DNA of 63,273 nucleotides, filler included, from Folioceros fuciformis (GCA_049999805.1; 7 parts of 7 records of this genome joined end to end with filler, not necessarily neighbours in it), one strand, 5' to 3'; positions 25,529-39,163 are shown, counted from the whole stretch's first letter. Made by a program: numbers and translations. Notes: generated from the letters alone by a model not told the origin.

Positions 25529-26258
25529 CCAAGCTCGTCGTCGCTCCTGAGGGAAGGTCATTCCAAAGGTGCATGCATGCACCTTGCCAAGGGCCACAAC
25601 TGTTGTAAATATTTTTGCTTATGTACAGCCGTTCCACAACTCGGAGAAGGCAAAGTAAGGTCAGAATACCTAGATGGTTAAATTCATTTTTGGGCGGCTC
25701 TAGACTAATAGTGTTACAACAAGAAGATCTGCTCGATGGGAGAAGAATGTCTTCTCAAGACCTAACCAGCAAGCCGCACGAACAGAGTTTTACACCTAAC
25801 CAAAACTCCACCCATTCAGCAAAAAAAAAAGTGGAGAAAGGAGTTTCGGTCATGTTCCCTACAGTAAGATGAGGTTTGGACACCAGCGGAAGGCAGGATC
25901 AGGTTTGGCTGCAAGATTCTCTGAGGATGAGGAGTAGTTCCTAGCAGGAAACGGACGCTAGTTCTCCTTGAACTTCCTGCAAATTTATGTTGTCCGGTCG
26001 TTAGCACAAAACCGTTCGTAATGAGGGCCAACCTTGCTGCCAACATTAAAAACGAAACTTCTTACTTTCGCCAGAGCCGAGACGTGGAAGCAGAGCTCAA
26101 AGCAGTTAAGGGAAGTCGTCAGACTGCCAGATGAATGCCCAAAGTCATGACACAAGTTAGCGTCTTCACTGGGGAGGGAAGAGAGGGCTCCTCTCAGCAT
26201 TCAAGAACGCAAGGTGCAGCAGTCGAGAACAAACCTGGTCATGCTCTTGACGGTCGGG

Positions 26259-28943
26259 CTATTGACCCCGTCTCGGAGAGTCATCTGTAGGTTTAACACC
26301 CGCCTTTGGTGATTTTGTGGACTCCGCTGATCCAGGGGTGGCCTTGTCCCCAGCACCTGCATCCCTAGCATCTCTAGTACCTCGTGTTTTGTCCGCTGCA
26401 GCACTTCCAGGTGCTGCTGCGCTGCTACTCACAACCACAGATTGTTCAGGTCGCTGCCTCTCAGCTGAGCTGCCCATGAGTCCAGCAGCAGGAGCTCCTT
26501 GGGTTCCCACTGTGGGAGGTCGATGACCATGGCTAGAGATGGCAGTGGCCAACGAAATTGGCATCAAACAAAGTCCCTTGCTCTGCAAAAACTGCATGGC
26601 ACTGCCCATGTCTTGCTCCATCAAACGTGCCACCTCCCGTTCTGTTAATGCAAGCCCCTCCGAAGGCGGGCCTGAGGCTCCGGCACTACGGCCGATACTT
26701 GCTGCCACAAAAGTACTAGACCCCTGATGATAATGAGCCAACTGTTAGTCAAACAGTTACGGTCCGGCTCGCAATCCATCTCGAAGGAGCCCATGTAAAT
26801 TTTACGACTACCTCGGAGGGGAGATCAGCGACGAGAGGAGCGACAGCACCGGCTCCGCCCAATCTACTCATACTCAGTACCTGCAGAAGTGGAAAACGAT
26901 CATTCCACGAAAACCCACCACCTCAGTCAAATCAAAGCAGTCGAGTTGAGCGTCATAGAAGTACCTTCACTTGAAGCTGAAGAAACTTGACATAATCTAT
27001 TATCTCGTCCAGCATCGAGGCCTTATCAGTCTGCAACACAGAAGACAGGACGTGAAGGACGACCTTCATAGTTTCCACTCAAGCAAAACTCAAGAACCGA
27101 CCGTACCAACATCAACACAATCCGAGGTCCAAGTTGTACCTTGTTGGAGTTGGGCACGAGCTCTTGAAGAGATTTCATTCTTTCAGCTATCCTTTCTCTG
27201 CGGAGCTGATCACGAACAAAACACACTTCAAACACTTTCCTCAAAGCTCCTTGATCAAAGCACGATCCACGAAGACTGATGAGGAAATGAGTAGTTCTCG
27301 GCAGAGCAGCATACCCGCTCTGCAATACTGTGCGGATCCGTAGCTTGCCCCCGCCGTGCCCGTACCCGAGGTCTCGCAACCGCCGGAACACCCGGCGCTG
27401 TGGCTTGGTGCGGAGGAGGGCCAGGTTGGGCTCCATACATCGGGCTCCCTTGACCTTGAGATGGTGCATTAAGCCCCTGCTTAATGTCGAAAACGGTGGC
27501 AAGGCAATGAGAGATGCACAAAAGGAGCAGGTCGTTGCTGGGAACGGAATGCACAAATCCAATGCACACAGACCTGCTGATGTGTGGGTTGGCTCGCTAT
27601 TCTGACCAGCGACGCGTGACCCCCTAACTGAAAAGGGGAATAGGGACCTGACGGCCCGTCTCGTCCCTGCAAGCATTGGACNNNNNNNNNNNNNNNNNNN
27701 NNNNNNNNNNNNNNNNNNNNNNNNNNNNNNNNNNNNNNNNNNNNNNNNNNNNNNNNNNNNNNNNNNNNNNNNNNNNNNNNNGGTCAGACACAGCTCTAAA
27801 GCACACGGGTGGCGCTGTTGGGCATTCAAAGCTACTGCTTACCGTGCCTCCAGCGCGGTTTTCCCTAGACATTTCCTCCTCATCCCGGGTTCGCTTTCCC
27901 AGAAGAGCTTCGCTGTTTCCGACTTCGGCTCCTTTACCTTGGCTCAAGGTCATGGGGAGAGGTGGAACTCCGCCCACATAGGGTTGCCGCCATGTGGGAG
28001 CGATGGGCGGAGGTGAGTGATCCCGAGGAGGCTGCTGCTGCCCTGCTGGAGAGCCTTCGCTTCCGCTACTTCCGATAGAGGGGGATCTCTGGAGCCTTGC
28101 GGGACCTGATGCCAGAGCTGCGAGGCGTGGGAAACACGTTAGGTCTGTGAGGATAGAACGGGAACGAGAAGGCAGTAAAAGATTGTCAGAAGCTTCCAGG
28201 AACGAAGACAAACATACGTAGTCTACCTGAAAGATCTTGGAGTCCATGCTGCTGTGGAATGCGAGACAGCAACATCGGGTCGTCCGCTGAGTAGTGTAAA
28301 GTTTCCCCTGTCCTGGGATTGTCAGGGACGTCGTGCAGATCACCTCGGAGTGCGGAAAGTTGGTGCGCCCCGTGCGAGCCCTCCGGTACTCCTATTCCTG
28401 GGGACATGAGACACATGGTGAAGAGCTTTTGTGCTCCCATGGGGCCCATGTCCATCCCCGTCCCCGTTCCCCCCGCATTGAAATCCCAGACCCCATTGCC
28501 ACAAGTGGAGAAGGGGAACAACGGATCAAATAACTCGTCCATTGCAGGAGGAGGATGCTCCATCTGCTCGTAGTGCAGCGTCTGGTGCTGTGGCTGGTGC
28601 ATCATCCCCGCCATGCCGCCGGCGCCAATCGCCCCCAGGTGCACCCCGGCAAGAGCAGATCGGAATCCTCCGACCGCACCTGGAATTGAAAGCCGTGTTC
28701 CCAATACAGAACCCTGCTGCATATCACCGGAGAATCGGGGCAAATCTGCCTGCTGTTGCCAGCCCTGGGAGGTCAATGCACTGAGCGTAGCCTGCACAGA
28801 AGCTAGATTCGGGAAGGACGACAGCAGCGGGGCAGAAGAGCGATTGTGGCCACTGGGGTCATCTTCATACTGCTGTTGCTGCTGCTGCTGCTGCTGCTGC
28901 TGTTGTCTCCCTTGTTCTCCCCTGTCGTAGCTGGTCGTCAAGC
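26259..28943 (-). CDS. LRL: LRL/UNE12-type (group XI) bHLH transcription factor. Exons approx. 28943-28227, 28117-27843, (gap), 27476-27315, 27205-27140, 27030-26965, 26880-26812, 26723-26259; start codon uncertain
   Basis: [70 protein letters not shown], plus the LRL box [33 protein letters not shown]. Confidence 0.92.
28871..28906. repeat. (CTG/CAG)n repeat, poly-Gln in the LRL 5' frame
   Basis: tgctgttgctgctgctgctgctgctgctgctgttg. Confidence 0.85.
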
Positions 28944-30639
28944 CTGCAGGCAGATGTTGTGGCCTGCATCATCATCAGGAGAGTGGCATCAGGAGTTGTG
29001 ACAGCACAACGGCTGCCGAGACACTTGTGGAACAGTCCTGATGCGTGGGCGCTACGTGACAAAGTGTCAGATAAGAGTCGCCGGAATCCAGAGGTTCAAG
29101 CATGAGAGATCTCAAGCTGACAATGCGTTCCTTGGTCAATCGCCATCCATAATCAAAGACACAGAAGGAGACAGCTGTGGACATGCACAACTACTCACTC
29201 ACGCAAGCGATTGAAATGAGCATACCATCGTAATACGTGCCAGAATAAGAGCGGCGGATTGGACGGGCATGACAGTCACTCCTGTGGAAAGAGGAAGGGA
29301 GAAGTTGGCGGTTGCAGCAAGCGGGCGATCCCAGACAGTGTGGAGTGGTGGGATCTTGAAGGCAATACACAATCACTGCGACTGCGATCCCTTGCGTCCC
29401 TTGCCAACTACGGCTGCCGTAATCTAAAAGTCAGCTAGACCAGTGCGGTGCAGTCCAGACCAGCTCAGTCTAGTAGGCAGGCTGGAGGAATTGAGGAAAT
29501 GACGGCAGCATTCGTCTATTCCTAACAACTTAAACAAACACTCGAAATGAAAGGCAGCCATTGGCAAGGAGTAATCAGAGCGAGCTGGTGCAGCACAAAT
29601 TGCAAAGCACGCTCTCGGACAAACATGCGGTAAAGACGGGGACACAAAGAGAGTTGGAGATGGGAGGGGAAAAAAGAGAAGAAAGCAGATGCAAGCAGAA
29701 GGGTGTGGCGTTGTGGTTGCTTAGTGCCTAGCTAGAGGTAAGGAGACGAAGAGTCTTGAGGCCAGGGCCAGGCGACGCAGTCACTTTCACCAGACGGAGT
29801 TACAACAGAAAGAAAGCAAGGCTTGTATAAGCTAGACACGGCAGGCTCCAGCTCACGCACACATGGACCGGAGATGACAGCCAAGCAGGTATTGATAGAA
29901 TAATCTGCAAACCGCAGATAGTCGCCAGCAGCATGAACATGAGCTGAGGTGAGCGGAGCGGAGCAGGGTGATGCTTGGTCGACTCGACGGTATCCACAAG
30001 AGGGCGCGCTTTGCCAGGCGTGGCAATTAAGAGCCTGGCGCAATGCGCGAACCCTGTGGCAACCCGCAGCCAGAGTGGGGTCCGGAGCAATTGCGGAGGA
30101 GAAGGCGAGTCCCGTCTAGACTAGTCCATTGCATTCCAGTGAGGTGCAGAGCAGTCGGATGACAGACAAAGCATGCAGACCGGGAGAAAGTTGGAAGAAG
30201 AGCAAAGAAGAGAGAAAGGGGAAGGAAAGGTGATTGCGGTCCAGTGCATGGGCAAGCCCAGCACGTTGAATACAGACAGAGGGGAAACACGCGTTTCCTC
30301 GACGCTGCATTGAGATCCATGGGAGCAACCAATTGAAAGCGCTGCTTGTGTGGACAAGTTGCGACAGTGGCTGCAAGCCGGTGCGCTCAGGACTAAGACA
30401 CGGAGGAGGAAACACACAAGCGTGAAGCGTGGTGCGCAAGACAAGTGCGGGAGACAGAGTGCAGGGAATTGGAGGCCTGGTGGTGCTGCTGCAATTGGAA
30501 GAGGGAGAGGGAGAGGGAGACGGCGGCGGATGGATCGGGCGCGGCAAGGGTAAGGGCAAGGACAATTGCCCAGAGGCGGGAAGCATGGGGAGAATGTAGG
30601 CGCCGAGTGAGCATCACGCAAGGCTGACAAGAGCAAGTC

Positions 30640-31041
30640 TTAGAGATCGTACAAGGGGAAGGATGTGAAATGCCGGAGCGCCTGCGGCTGCGGCTGGGGC
30701 TGTTGCTGGTGCTGGAGGAGAAGCTGGTGCCGTTGCCGTTGGTGGTGGTGGTGGTGTTGTTGCTGCTGCTGTTGGTGCCTCTGGTCCGCGGTGAGAAAGG
30801 GGCTGGTCCCTCCAGCTGCTCGGAGAGTTGCGCTACCTCCGGGAGGAGCTGCGGCAGCAGTGGTGGCTGGCGGAAGAGGGGAAGCGACAACAGAAGGAGG
30901 CGGCGAGGCGAGAGCAGGTTGTGGTGCTGGCTGGAGATGCTCGCCTTGTTGCTGCTCCTGCTCCTGCTCCTGGTCCTGCTCCTTGTTGTGTTGTTGTTGG
31001 TGCTGGTGGTGGTGCTGCTGCGAGAAGTAATCATCTGACAT
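30640..31041 (-). CDS. Possible 133-aa Gln/His/Pro-rich ORF upstream of LRL (uORF or separate small gene)
   Basis: ACCATG start; MSDDYFSQQHHHQ...LRHFTSFPLYDL*. It is low complexity and no family is recognised. Confidence 0.3.
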   Translation of the reverse strand: MSDDYFSQQHHHQHQQQHNKEQDQEQEQEQQQGEHLQPAPQPALASPPPSVVASPLPPATTAAAAPPGGSATLRAAGGTSPFLTADQRHQQQQQQHHHHHQRQRHQLLLQHQQQPQPQPQALRHFTSFPLYDL

Positions 31042-31633
31042 GGTCAGGCTCTCTCCTCCCGGCTCCGGCGCGGAAGATGCATTCTCTCTGCTCTCTCTTG
31101 CGAGGTGCGGGGCCAATGCATGCGATTCCGAGGGGCCGAAGCGCGCGCGGCAAGCAGCAGGCGGCAGGGCCAGGGGACAGGGGACAGGGTCGCGAGACGT
31201 GGGAGTCGCGAGTCGGGAAGGTTTCAAGGCAGGGAGAGCAAGGTTGCGGTGGGGTGCGATTGCAGTCGCGATTCGCGGACTCGCGACTCTGAGACGTGGT
31301 GAGGGATTGCCAGATCGCCAGGGAAGGAGAGGTGTGTGTGAAGTGTGTGAAGAGAGAACACAAGAGACAGGCTCGGTCACGACTCGGCCAAGCCCCCCCA
31401 AGCCCCAGCCGCGGCCCGTCGTTTTGGCGGCTTCCCTGTGTTTGGAGCAGCAGTGGAGAGAGTCTGGCACTGGCACCGGGCACTGAGCACTGCCACACCA
31501 CCTTATTCTTCTCTCCTCTGTCCTGTCCCACTGNNNNNNNNNNNNNNNNNNNNNNNNNNNNNNNNNNNNNNNNNNNNTTAATTAATTAANNNNNNNNNNN
31601 NNNNNNNNNNNNNNNNNNNNNNNNNNNNNNNNN

Positions 31634-33422
31634 GTGGAGTCTTCACAACTTGGGTAAGGAATGCTCTGCTGTATTTGTTCCTCGTAACAGCTAAGTGGCC
31701 AGAAGATGGGCCACTTTCTCCTGACAGTCGTTTTCAACATACTTCCCATGTATGGTTTTGCAGGCTACAGAACCTGCATGGAGGCTTTGGCCTGGTGCTA
31801 CCAAACTGTTGGGGTCGGAATGCTCCTCGACCTCCACGTCCTCCTCATCCTCTGAGAAAAGGACGACCTCGCCCTCGACCTCTTATAGGTCGATTCATGT
31901 ACAACGCTTGGTCTGTACGGCTGCTAGAAATAGATGTGCTTGCAATTCTTCTCCTGGACTCCTCAGTAAGCATGGCAGCAATAACTCTGTTCACTATGAG
32001 TGAAGGAACATCTTGGAGGGCGTGTACCACACTTGACCACGATTCTGGAAGCGTGGTTAGAAAGAAGATGGCCATGAACTCTTCCTCCAAGTCAAAACCA
32101 GCGGAGTGCATCTTACCCCTCCAGTTTCGAAATTCTAGCACATGTTTATCAACTAGCTCTCCAGCAGACATCTTGAGGCCAGTGAATTGGCGAAGCACGT
32201 AAGTTTGCAGCATTAGATCTCTAGAGTCATAGACCATTAGCACTTGTTTCCACCAATCTGATGCAAGTTCTTGTGTGCCTTGGAATACATTGATGTGTGT
32301 ACTCTTGATGCTGAAATGAAGCAGCGTTTTGGCCAACTGATCATTTTCTTCCCATTTTGCCACATCATCTAGTTGTGATGTAGGTGGCTTTGGAGTAGGG
32401 ACTGGTGGACTCCCTGTGCCATGGACATGAGCCCAGAGCTTTCTGGACTTAAACAATTCAATCATGCGAAATTTTCAGACATGAAAATTAGTACCATCAA
32501 ATTTGTCCTCTTTAGGTATGGTTGAATTAAAGTGCAAAGATGGGTTGTTCATTTGCTGCTGGGCCATGACTGAATATGATACAACTTATAGCATTATGCC
32601 GTCAAGGTATCTGATTCTGTTGTGTTCAAGTGGAACATTTGTTGCGGTGCATATGTGCATACATAGATTTGAAGCAAGACAGAGGATAAGCAATTCTTGG
32701 GGGCAGCAACTTGTCACATGAGGTCTGTAACATCGAGATGGCTCTAGTCATTACCGTCGAGGCTGGGGTAGCCCTGCAGAATGTTGGTAGCCATTAGTTC
32801 CAAGATGTTGCAGATACGCACCCAAATTTGTTGGCACCACGTGTCTCCCAAGGTAAGCATATAAGCTCTGCCCCTGGCTGCCAACCACTCCGTGAGCATG
32901 TGCTGACGTTGTGCCCTTCTTACTAATCACTGCTGTTTTCTAAAGTTTGGCATCTGAAGAAGCTAACAGCCTCGTGGATATGCATGCCTGCAGGCAAGGC
33001 GCCTTCGTGCATCTGCGCCTACAGATCTGCTCTTTGCAGCAAAGAAATCCCATCCAAAAATTTTAGAAAAATAGACCGATTAAAATAGGTAGAAGGTATT
33101 AAAGCCAGGGATCGTGGTGGCGTCGCNNNNNNNNNNNNNNNNNNNNNNNNNNNNNNNNNNNNNNNNNNNNNNNNNNNNNNNNNNNNNNNNNNNNNNNNNN
33201 NNNNNNNNNNNNNNNNNNNNNNNNNNAGAAAAGATGTCGCACGTGGCGGATCACCCGTGCTCTGATACCATGAGACGGATTAGATGGGTGTCACGGAGTG
33301 AGAAAAGAAAAGTGGTTATTCAGTGTTCTCGGTCACGTCACCAAGACATGGCGACGGTTAGGGTTTCCAACTGTCTAGCCCTAAACCTGTAAGTAAGTTA
33401 ATGTATTTAACCTGGTCTAACA
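31634..33422 (-). mobile_element. Ty1/Copia 5' half: 152-bp LTR (33271-33422), PBS (33259-33270), gag with zinc knuckle (~31720-32565); inserted into another Copia
   Basis: The minus strand reads TGTTAGAC...GTCTCA, then TGGTATCAGAGC. Gag motifs FDGTNF, LPESW and CRFCSLQNHTWEVC. A 100-N gap lies between the PBS and gag. Confidence 0.8.
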
Positions 33423-34330
33423 TAAGGTTCCATACTCATCAACTATAGGGAGTTTGATGTATGCAATGATTGCTACATGTCCTGACATTGCCTTTGAAGT
33501 GGGAGTGGTTAGCAGGTTTATGTCAAACCCTGGCAGGAAGCATTGGGAGGCAGTGAAAGGAGTTATGAGGTACTTGAATGGTATGAAAGCTTTGTGCTTA
33601 TGTTTTGGTAGTGAAGATGCATATATCGTGGGATATACGGATGCTGATTATGCAGGGGATATGGACAGAAGCAGGTCCACATCAGGTTATGTCTTCATGT
33701 GCACTTGAGGGGCAGTCTCATGGCGACCTCGTTTGCAATCGTGCATAACGCTATCTACCACAGAGGCTGAGTATGTTGCAGCGACGGAGGCGTGCAAGGA
33801 AGTCATGTGGCTTGCTCATTTAGTGGGAGATTTGGGTATCAAGGTTGAGTTGCCAGTGTTGTATTGTGATAGCCAGAGTGCTATCCAATTGGCGAAGAAT
33901 TTGGTGTTTCATGCAAAGACCAAACATGTGGACGTGAAGTATCACTTCATTCGAGAGGTGTTGGAAGACAAGAGGGTACAGCTTGTCAAAGTTCACACCA
34001 GTGAGAACCTTGTAGATATTCTTACCAAGGGGCTCGCTTCAGAGCAATTCGGACAAGCTCGGACACTCATGGGCATGAGGTAGACCACTCTCCTATGAAG
34101 GTAAATTGGCCTTTAAGTGGGAGGTTGTAGGGTTAATAAAGCCCAATGTGCTTAGACTAATGTGTTTAGTCTAAGATTAGTGTTTTGTTAAGTACCATTA
34201 ATTTAGATTAGCTTAAGCTTATCTGTAGGAAGCTTCTTGCGCAGCTTCGTATGCGATTCTTGTGAAGCTTCCTAGGGAGCTCTTCTAGAGGGTATAAATA
34301 CCCCCTTGAGCTCCCTTGCATATTGAGACT
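33423..34330 (+). mobile_element. Ty1/Copia RT C-terminus and RNase H, polypurine tract, and 3' LTR starting near 34126
   Basis: VPYSSTIGSLMYAM, YTDADYAGD, STTEAEY, CDSQSAI and HAKTKHVDVKYHFIRE. AAGTGGGAGG is followed by TGTAGGG. Confidence 0.88.
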
Positions 34331-34419
34331 CAATGTGAGAGTGTGACCTCTCTTTCTCCTCTCCTCCTTGGCTCCTCATCTCCTCCTTCACCATGTAGCT
34401 CCTGGAGCGATCCTTCACT

Positions 34420-37400
34420 GAACCTTTTACAATCACTGAGGCCTTTGCTGGTCCTGATAAAGCCAAGTGGAAGATAGCTGTAGATGATGAGTTTAACAAC
34501 CTTATTCAGAATGGTACCTAGAAGCTCGTTCGTCGTCCAGCAGGCCGCAGACCCATCACCTGCAAGTGGGTCTTTAAACATAAACTCAATGGTGTTGGGA
34601 AGATAGCGCAATACAAGGCACGTTTGTGTGCTTGTGGGTTTACGCAAGTTCCAGGGTTAGAATTTCAAGAAACCTTCTCTCCAATAGTCCGCTCTCAATC
34701 CATTCGCCTCATGCTAGCCCTTGCTACTGAGCATGACTTAGAGCTAGAGCAGATGGATATGAAGACGGCTTTCTTGCACGGCTGTGAACCTCCAAAGTTT
34801 GGGGTAGTGGTTTGTTTTGGTTGAAAAAGGGTATCATTCTGAATGGTACCGTTTTTCAACCAAAACAAACCTTCAGGGTTAATAGTGGTATAGTTTGGTT
34901 TTCTTTTTCTACTTATTTTCCCTAATTTTTCTTTATTTTATGGTCATTTTTCCTATTTTTGTTTGTACTAATTAGGTTAATTGACCAGGAAATAGTTGGT
35001 TTAGTTATAAGAGTGGGTATAGGTTTGGTCCCAGACCTAGGACAATTTAGGTCCGGTACCATACCATAGGGTCGGGAAAGTTTGAATCTAGGTTTGGTGA
35101 TTGGTTTATAATTAATTAAAGATATATAGTATTAAATGATTAAATAATGTAGAATAATATTAAATAATAAAATAATGGTTTGAACGTAGGAACGGGAATC
35201 TGGGGTATGAGGGTCAAGGGGTCAGGGTCAGATGTCTGGCTGGCCTAAACGGCCGTGGAGGCCGTGCCCTAGCTAGGGCAGGGGCTGCTGCCGCCCCCTT
35301 TCTCCCTTTCTCTCTTCCTCCCTCCTTCATTTTCCTCTAGCCCCACTTCTTCTCCTTCCCGTTCTCTCTCCATCCCTTTGTCCAGCTTCTTCATTTGGAT
35401 CCACATTGCATGTAGGGGGAAGGGATCCCTGAGTGTTGGGAGTGAAGGCCGCTACAAAAGGATTAGGAGCTACAACCCTGCTCACCATCACCAGTTTCGA
35501 GCTCCAGCCCAATCCGTAGCCCCGCTGCTGGATCTGCTCAGCCCCGCTGCTGTCTCCCAATCTAATGTTTTATAAAGTATACGTATTCCTGTATTTATTT
35601 TCTTTTTATTTTTCTAATTTTCTTTTTCTATTTTTACACCTATTTTTCTGGATTTAATTCCAAAGATTCCAGCTCCACTCTATTTCACCTGCTTTCTTCT
35701 TCTCACAGTCCGGGGCCTCTCCCAACACCCCAGGGTCAGTTGTTCATGGCCGAGGAACCATTTCGGCTGGAAGTCGATTCTGCTGGATAAGCCGCCGATT
35801 TCAGGTCCGGTTCCAGCTGCTGATCCCACCTGTTCCCCATCTTCTCCCACTGCTCATCCTCCTCCCGTGCAGACAGGCTCAGCCACCAAGGGGGAAAAGT
35901 TGCAGGAGAAGGCTTTGTGGGCGGCCATCCAGCAAGGAAGAGGCGACGTCCGTAAGAACTTTGAAGATTAGGCATCCTTCAAAGTTTCAGGATAGTTTAA
36001 GAGGTGGTAGATACTTGTGGTGGTAGGGTCAGCAGGTTGTAGGGCCAGCTCATTGGTGGCAGGATGTGCTAGAAAATTCTAAATAAGTGGCTGGTGATAG
36101 CCAGCTAGGCTGGTGGTTCTATGAAAATAATATTTCTCATACTAGAGAGAGGTGAAGTCAGAGGGAGAGAGGCTCCTATAAGATCAGGTGAGCCTGTGAG
36201 AGGCAAGTTGTCACTTCGCGAGTTCTCTCAAGCTGTCCCTGCTTGGATACAGCGGTGTGTGCCGGCTGTGCATGTGTGCAGCGTCTGGTAAAGCTTTGAG
36301 AAGTGGTGGCCAGGATTAAGGGCAGGGTCCCTTTTAATTCTTGATCGTGCTCTCCGTGTTGTGTCCCCATGATCCGTCATTTTCGTTTCCTCGCAGGTCT
36401 GGAGTGAGTGCCAACCGTGCTTGCATGGTGTCTCGTAGGATTGTGGGTGGTGGCATGTTCTTCTTTGGGGTTAGTCTAGTGACTCTTGCCAAGTAGGGGG
36501 AGTCCATAGGGAAGCGTGGAAGGTGGTGGTGTCGTTGCTAGTTGCTGGTGCTGGAGTGAGTGAGTGAGTAAAGTGAAGTGAAGTGAAGTGAGGGAAGTCG
36601 CAGATTTGGGAAGTCAGGGTTGTTGTAGTGACTGGAGTGAGTTTGTGGGCACCAAGAGAGGTGTAGTTGACTACTAGACAGCGAGAACTGTCCCACGCCT
36701 GATCGAAGCTAGAGGAGAGCCCTCGAATCCGTCATCGAGTTGGTTGAGTCCGACCTTCCATCCAGAGCAGCTAGGAACTCCATCGCTCCTTCGTGGGAAC
36801 AAATCCCAATGTCTCAACAACAGTGGGATACGTGTGGCTGCTAAAGGTTGAACCCGTTGGCAAATAGTGCCCGGGGTTTACCCACCACAGTGGCATTTTA
36901 GAAGAAGAGGTGTATATGGAACAACCAGAAGGCTATGAGGATCCTACACATCCAGACTAGGTTTGTAAGCTCCTAAAGTGCATTTATGGCCTTAAACAAA
37001 GTGCAAAACGCTGGAATGCCAGGTTAGATACTTGCTTGAAGTCCCAGGGTTTTAAGCAAAGCCCTGTAGATCCCTCGGTGTACATCTATGATGATGGAAC
37101 AGCCTATGTTTTGCTGGCCATATATGTCAATGACACCATATTTGCTTCCAATGACAAGCCATTATTAGCCAAAGTTCAAGGTATGCTCCACAAGGAATTT
37201 GAAATGACAGATGTTGAAGAACCGAAGTTCTGCCTACGCATTCAAGTCCTTCGAGTTCGTGAGCAAGGCATGATCATTATCCATTAGCATAAGTATATAT
37301 CTGAGATTCTGCAGCGATTCCATATGGCCACTACACACCCTGCTGCTGCCGGTACAAGACTCAGCAAAGATGATTGCCCTACCTCAGCTCTGGACAAGGC

Positions 37401-38090
37401 ATATATGAAGGATGTACCTTATAGGCACGCTGTTGGCAGCCTCCTTTTTGTCAGCAACTGGACCAGGCCAGACATCACTTATGTTGTTAACACTGCCGCT
37501 CAATTTCTGGAATGCCCTAGACCTCCACTGGACGGCGGTTAAGCGTATCTTCAGATACTTAAGAGGTACTCCTTACCTTGGCTTATGTTACAAGCGGACT
37601 GGTTCAGTTCCTACCTTCCAAGGGTTTGCAGGCGCCGACTGGGCTTCTTATTGTAATTCCTGTAGGAGCCTATCCGCTTATGTTTTCCTCTTATCCTCCA
37701 CTGCCTAGTGATTAGCTGGTCCTGTAAGAAACAGACAAGCAGAGCTTAGTCCAGTACAGAGGTAGAATACAAGTGCTTGACAGAATCAGCAAAAGAGGTT
37801 GAGTAGGAAAGAGTTTTTCTGTTGTCTGTCCATGCCGAACATCCTAGGCCAACCATCCTCTTCTGTGATAATGCATTTGCCCTAAAGCTTGTCGAGCATC
37901 CTCGCTTTCATGCTCGAACCAAGCACATAGAAATACAACATCATTACATCAGGGATGTCAAATCACGGGCTGTCGTTAGCCCTACCGATGTTCACATAGA
38001 TGCAAACACAGTGGATGTTCTCACCAAAGCCCTTCTAAGTCACAAACATGAGCTCAACACGTGTAGAAGGCTTAGGTCTTATTGATTTTT
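34420..38090 (+). mobile_element. Decayed Ty1/Copia RT-RNase H interrupted by a solo LTR
   Basis: CKWVFK, YKARL, MDMKTAFLHG | insertion | ILEEEVYMEQPEG, YGLKQ, YVND, TRPDI and RTKHIEIQHH. Many stops. Confidence 0.88.
34783..36889 (+). mobile_element. ~2.1-kb solo LTR (TG...CA) with a degenerate 5-bp TSD (ACGGC / GTGGC); strand arbitrary
   Basis: Begins TGTGAACC and ends CACCACA. Removing it plus one TSD copy restores the Copia FLHG-ILEE motif. Homologous pieces lie at 3945-4385 and, inverted, at 38909-39163. Confidence 0.85.
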
Positions 38091-38908
38091 CTCCCCACCT
38101 TATAGTATAACACAGTAGCCTTGCTTGCTTACAATAGAGCCAATAGCTTACAGCTCTGCACATCATCAGTGGGAGTCTTTTCCCTTACATATGCCCCAGT
38201 GGATCAAGCTTCACAAACACATCCATTCGTGGGAGCAGTCATATAAAAGAAAATAAATTCCCTACCTTGCCAGACCCATTATCTCCGCTCCTTCCTCTTC
38301 TTGATAGCAGCCTGTGCCTTGTGTACATTATAGCTGCCCTTTGATAGGTCGTTCAGAACCTCCTCGAATTTGTTAGCTGTCAGGTCGCGTTCACCTCCTC
38401 CTATGTTGGGTTTGACTGAAATTATGTTCGCAAGTTGTTTCGCATTGAGCTTTGCTGCCTCTAATTCCTTCTCCAATTTTGCACACTTATTGTCCATGTT
38501 CATGAGGTACAGCATCAGTTGTCTGTCTCTGGTCCTAGAGTTGGGAGTCACTGAGACTGAGCTTCCTTCATCTCCTATCTCGCTCGCTCCTCTTGCCATC
38601 TTAGGTCTGGGCTAAGAGGTATGCCCACAGATCCACTCTCTAACCATTCTGAAGGCTAGTGGAAGCAATAAAGGGGTCACTACAATCAAAAATAGGATTA
38701 GCCAAGTGAGGTAGCTCACCACGAGGACCATGGGGACGATTTCCTCATGTATTGACTCCATCTTCACACGGAGCTTATGCAAGATGCTATGGATTTTTCA
38801 CGCAGAACCAGTGCAAGCATTCGAGTGCGACTTTGATTGTGGCTGGTGAGAGTACTCGCGAGTTATTGAGCGCACCTTCAGGGTTTAGGGTTTTATACCA
38901 GGCGTTTC

Positions 38909-39163
38909 TGTGGAGGCAAAACCCCGGGCACTGATTGCCGACGGATTCCACCTTTAGTGGCCACACTTATCCCACTGTCGTTGAGACATTGGGTTTCGTT
39001 CCCACGAAGGAGCGATGGGGTTCCTTGTTGCTGTGGATGGAGGGTCGGACTTGATCAACTCGATGATGGATTCGAGGGCTCCCCTCCAGCTCCGATCAGG
39101 CGTAGGACAGGCCTCGCTGTCCGGCGGTCAGCTGCACCTCTCTCGGTGCCCACAAACTCACTC
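38909..39163 (-). mobile_element. Inverted end of a further copy of the 34783-36889 LTR family
   Basis: TGTGGAGGCAAAACCCCGGGCACT...CCCACGAAGGAGCGATGG... is the reverse complement of about 36640-36889 with substitutions. Confidence 0.82.

Noticed and set aside
38279-38599. 106-aa coiled-coil-like ORF
   Set aside because: It is embedded in TE debris with no diagnostic motif, so there is not enough support to call it.
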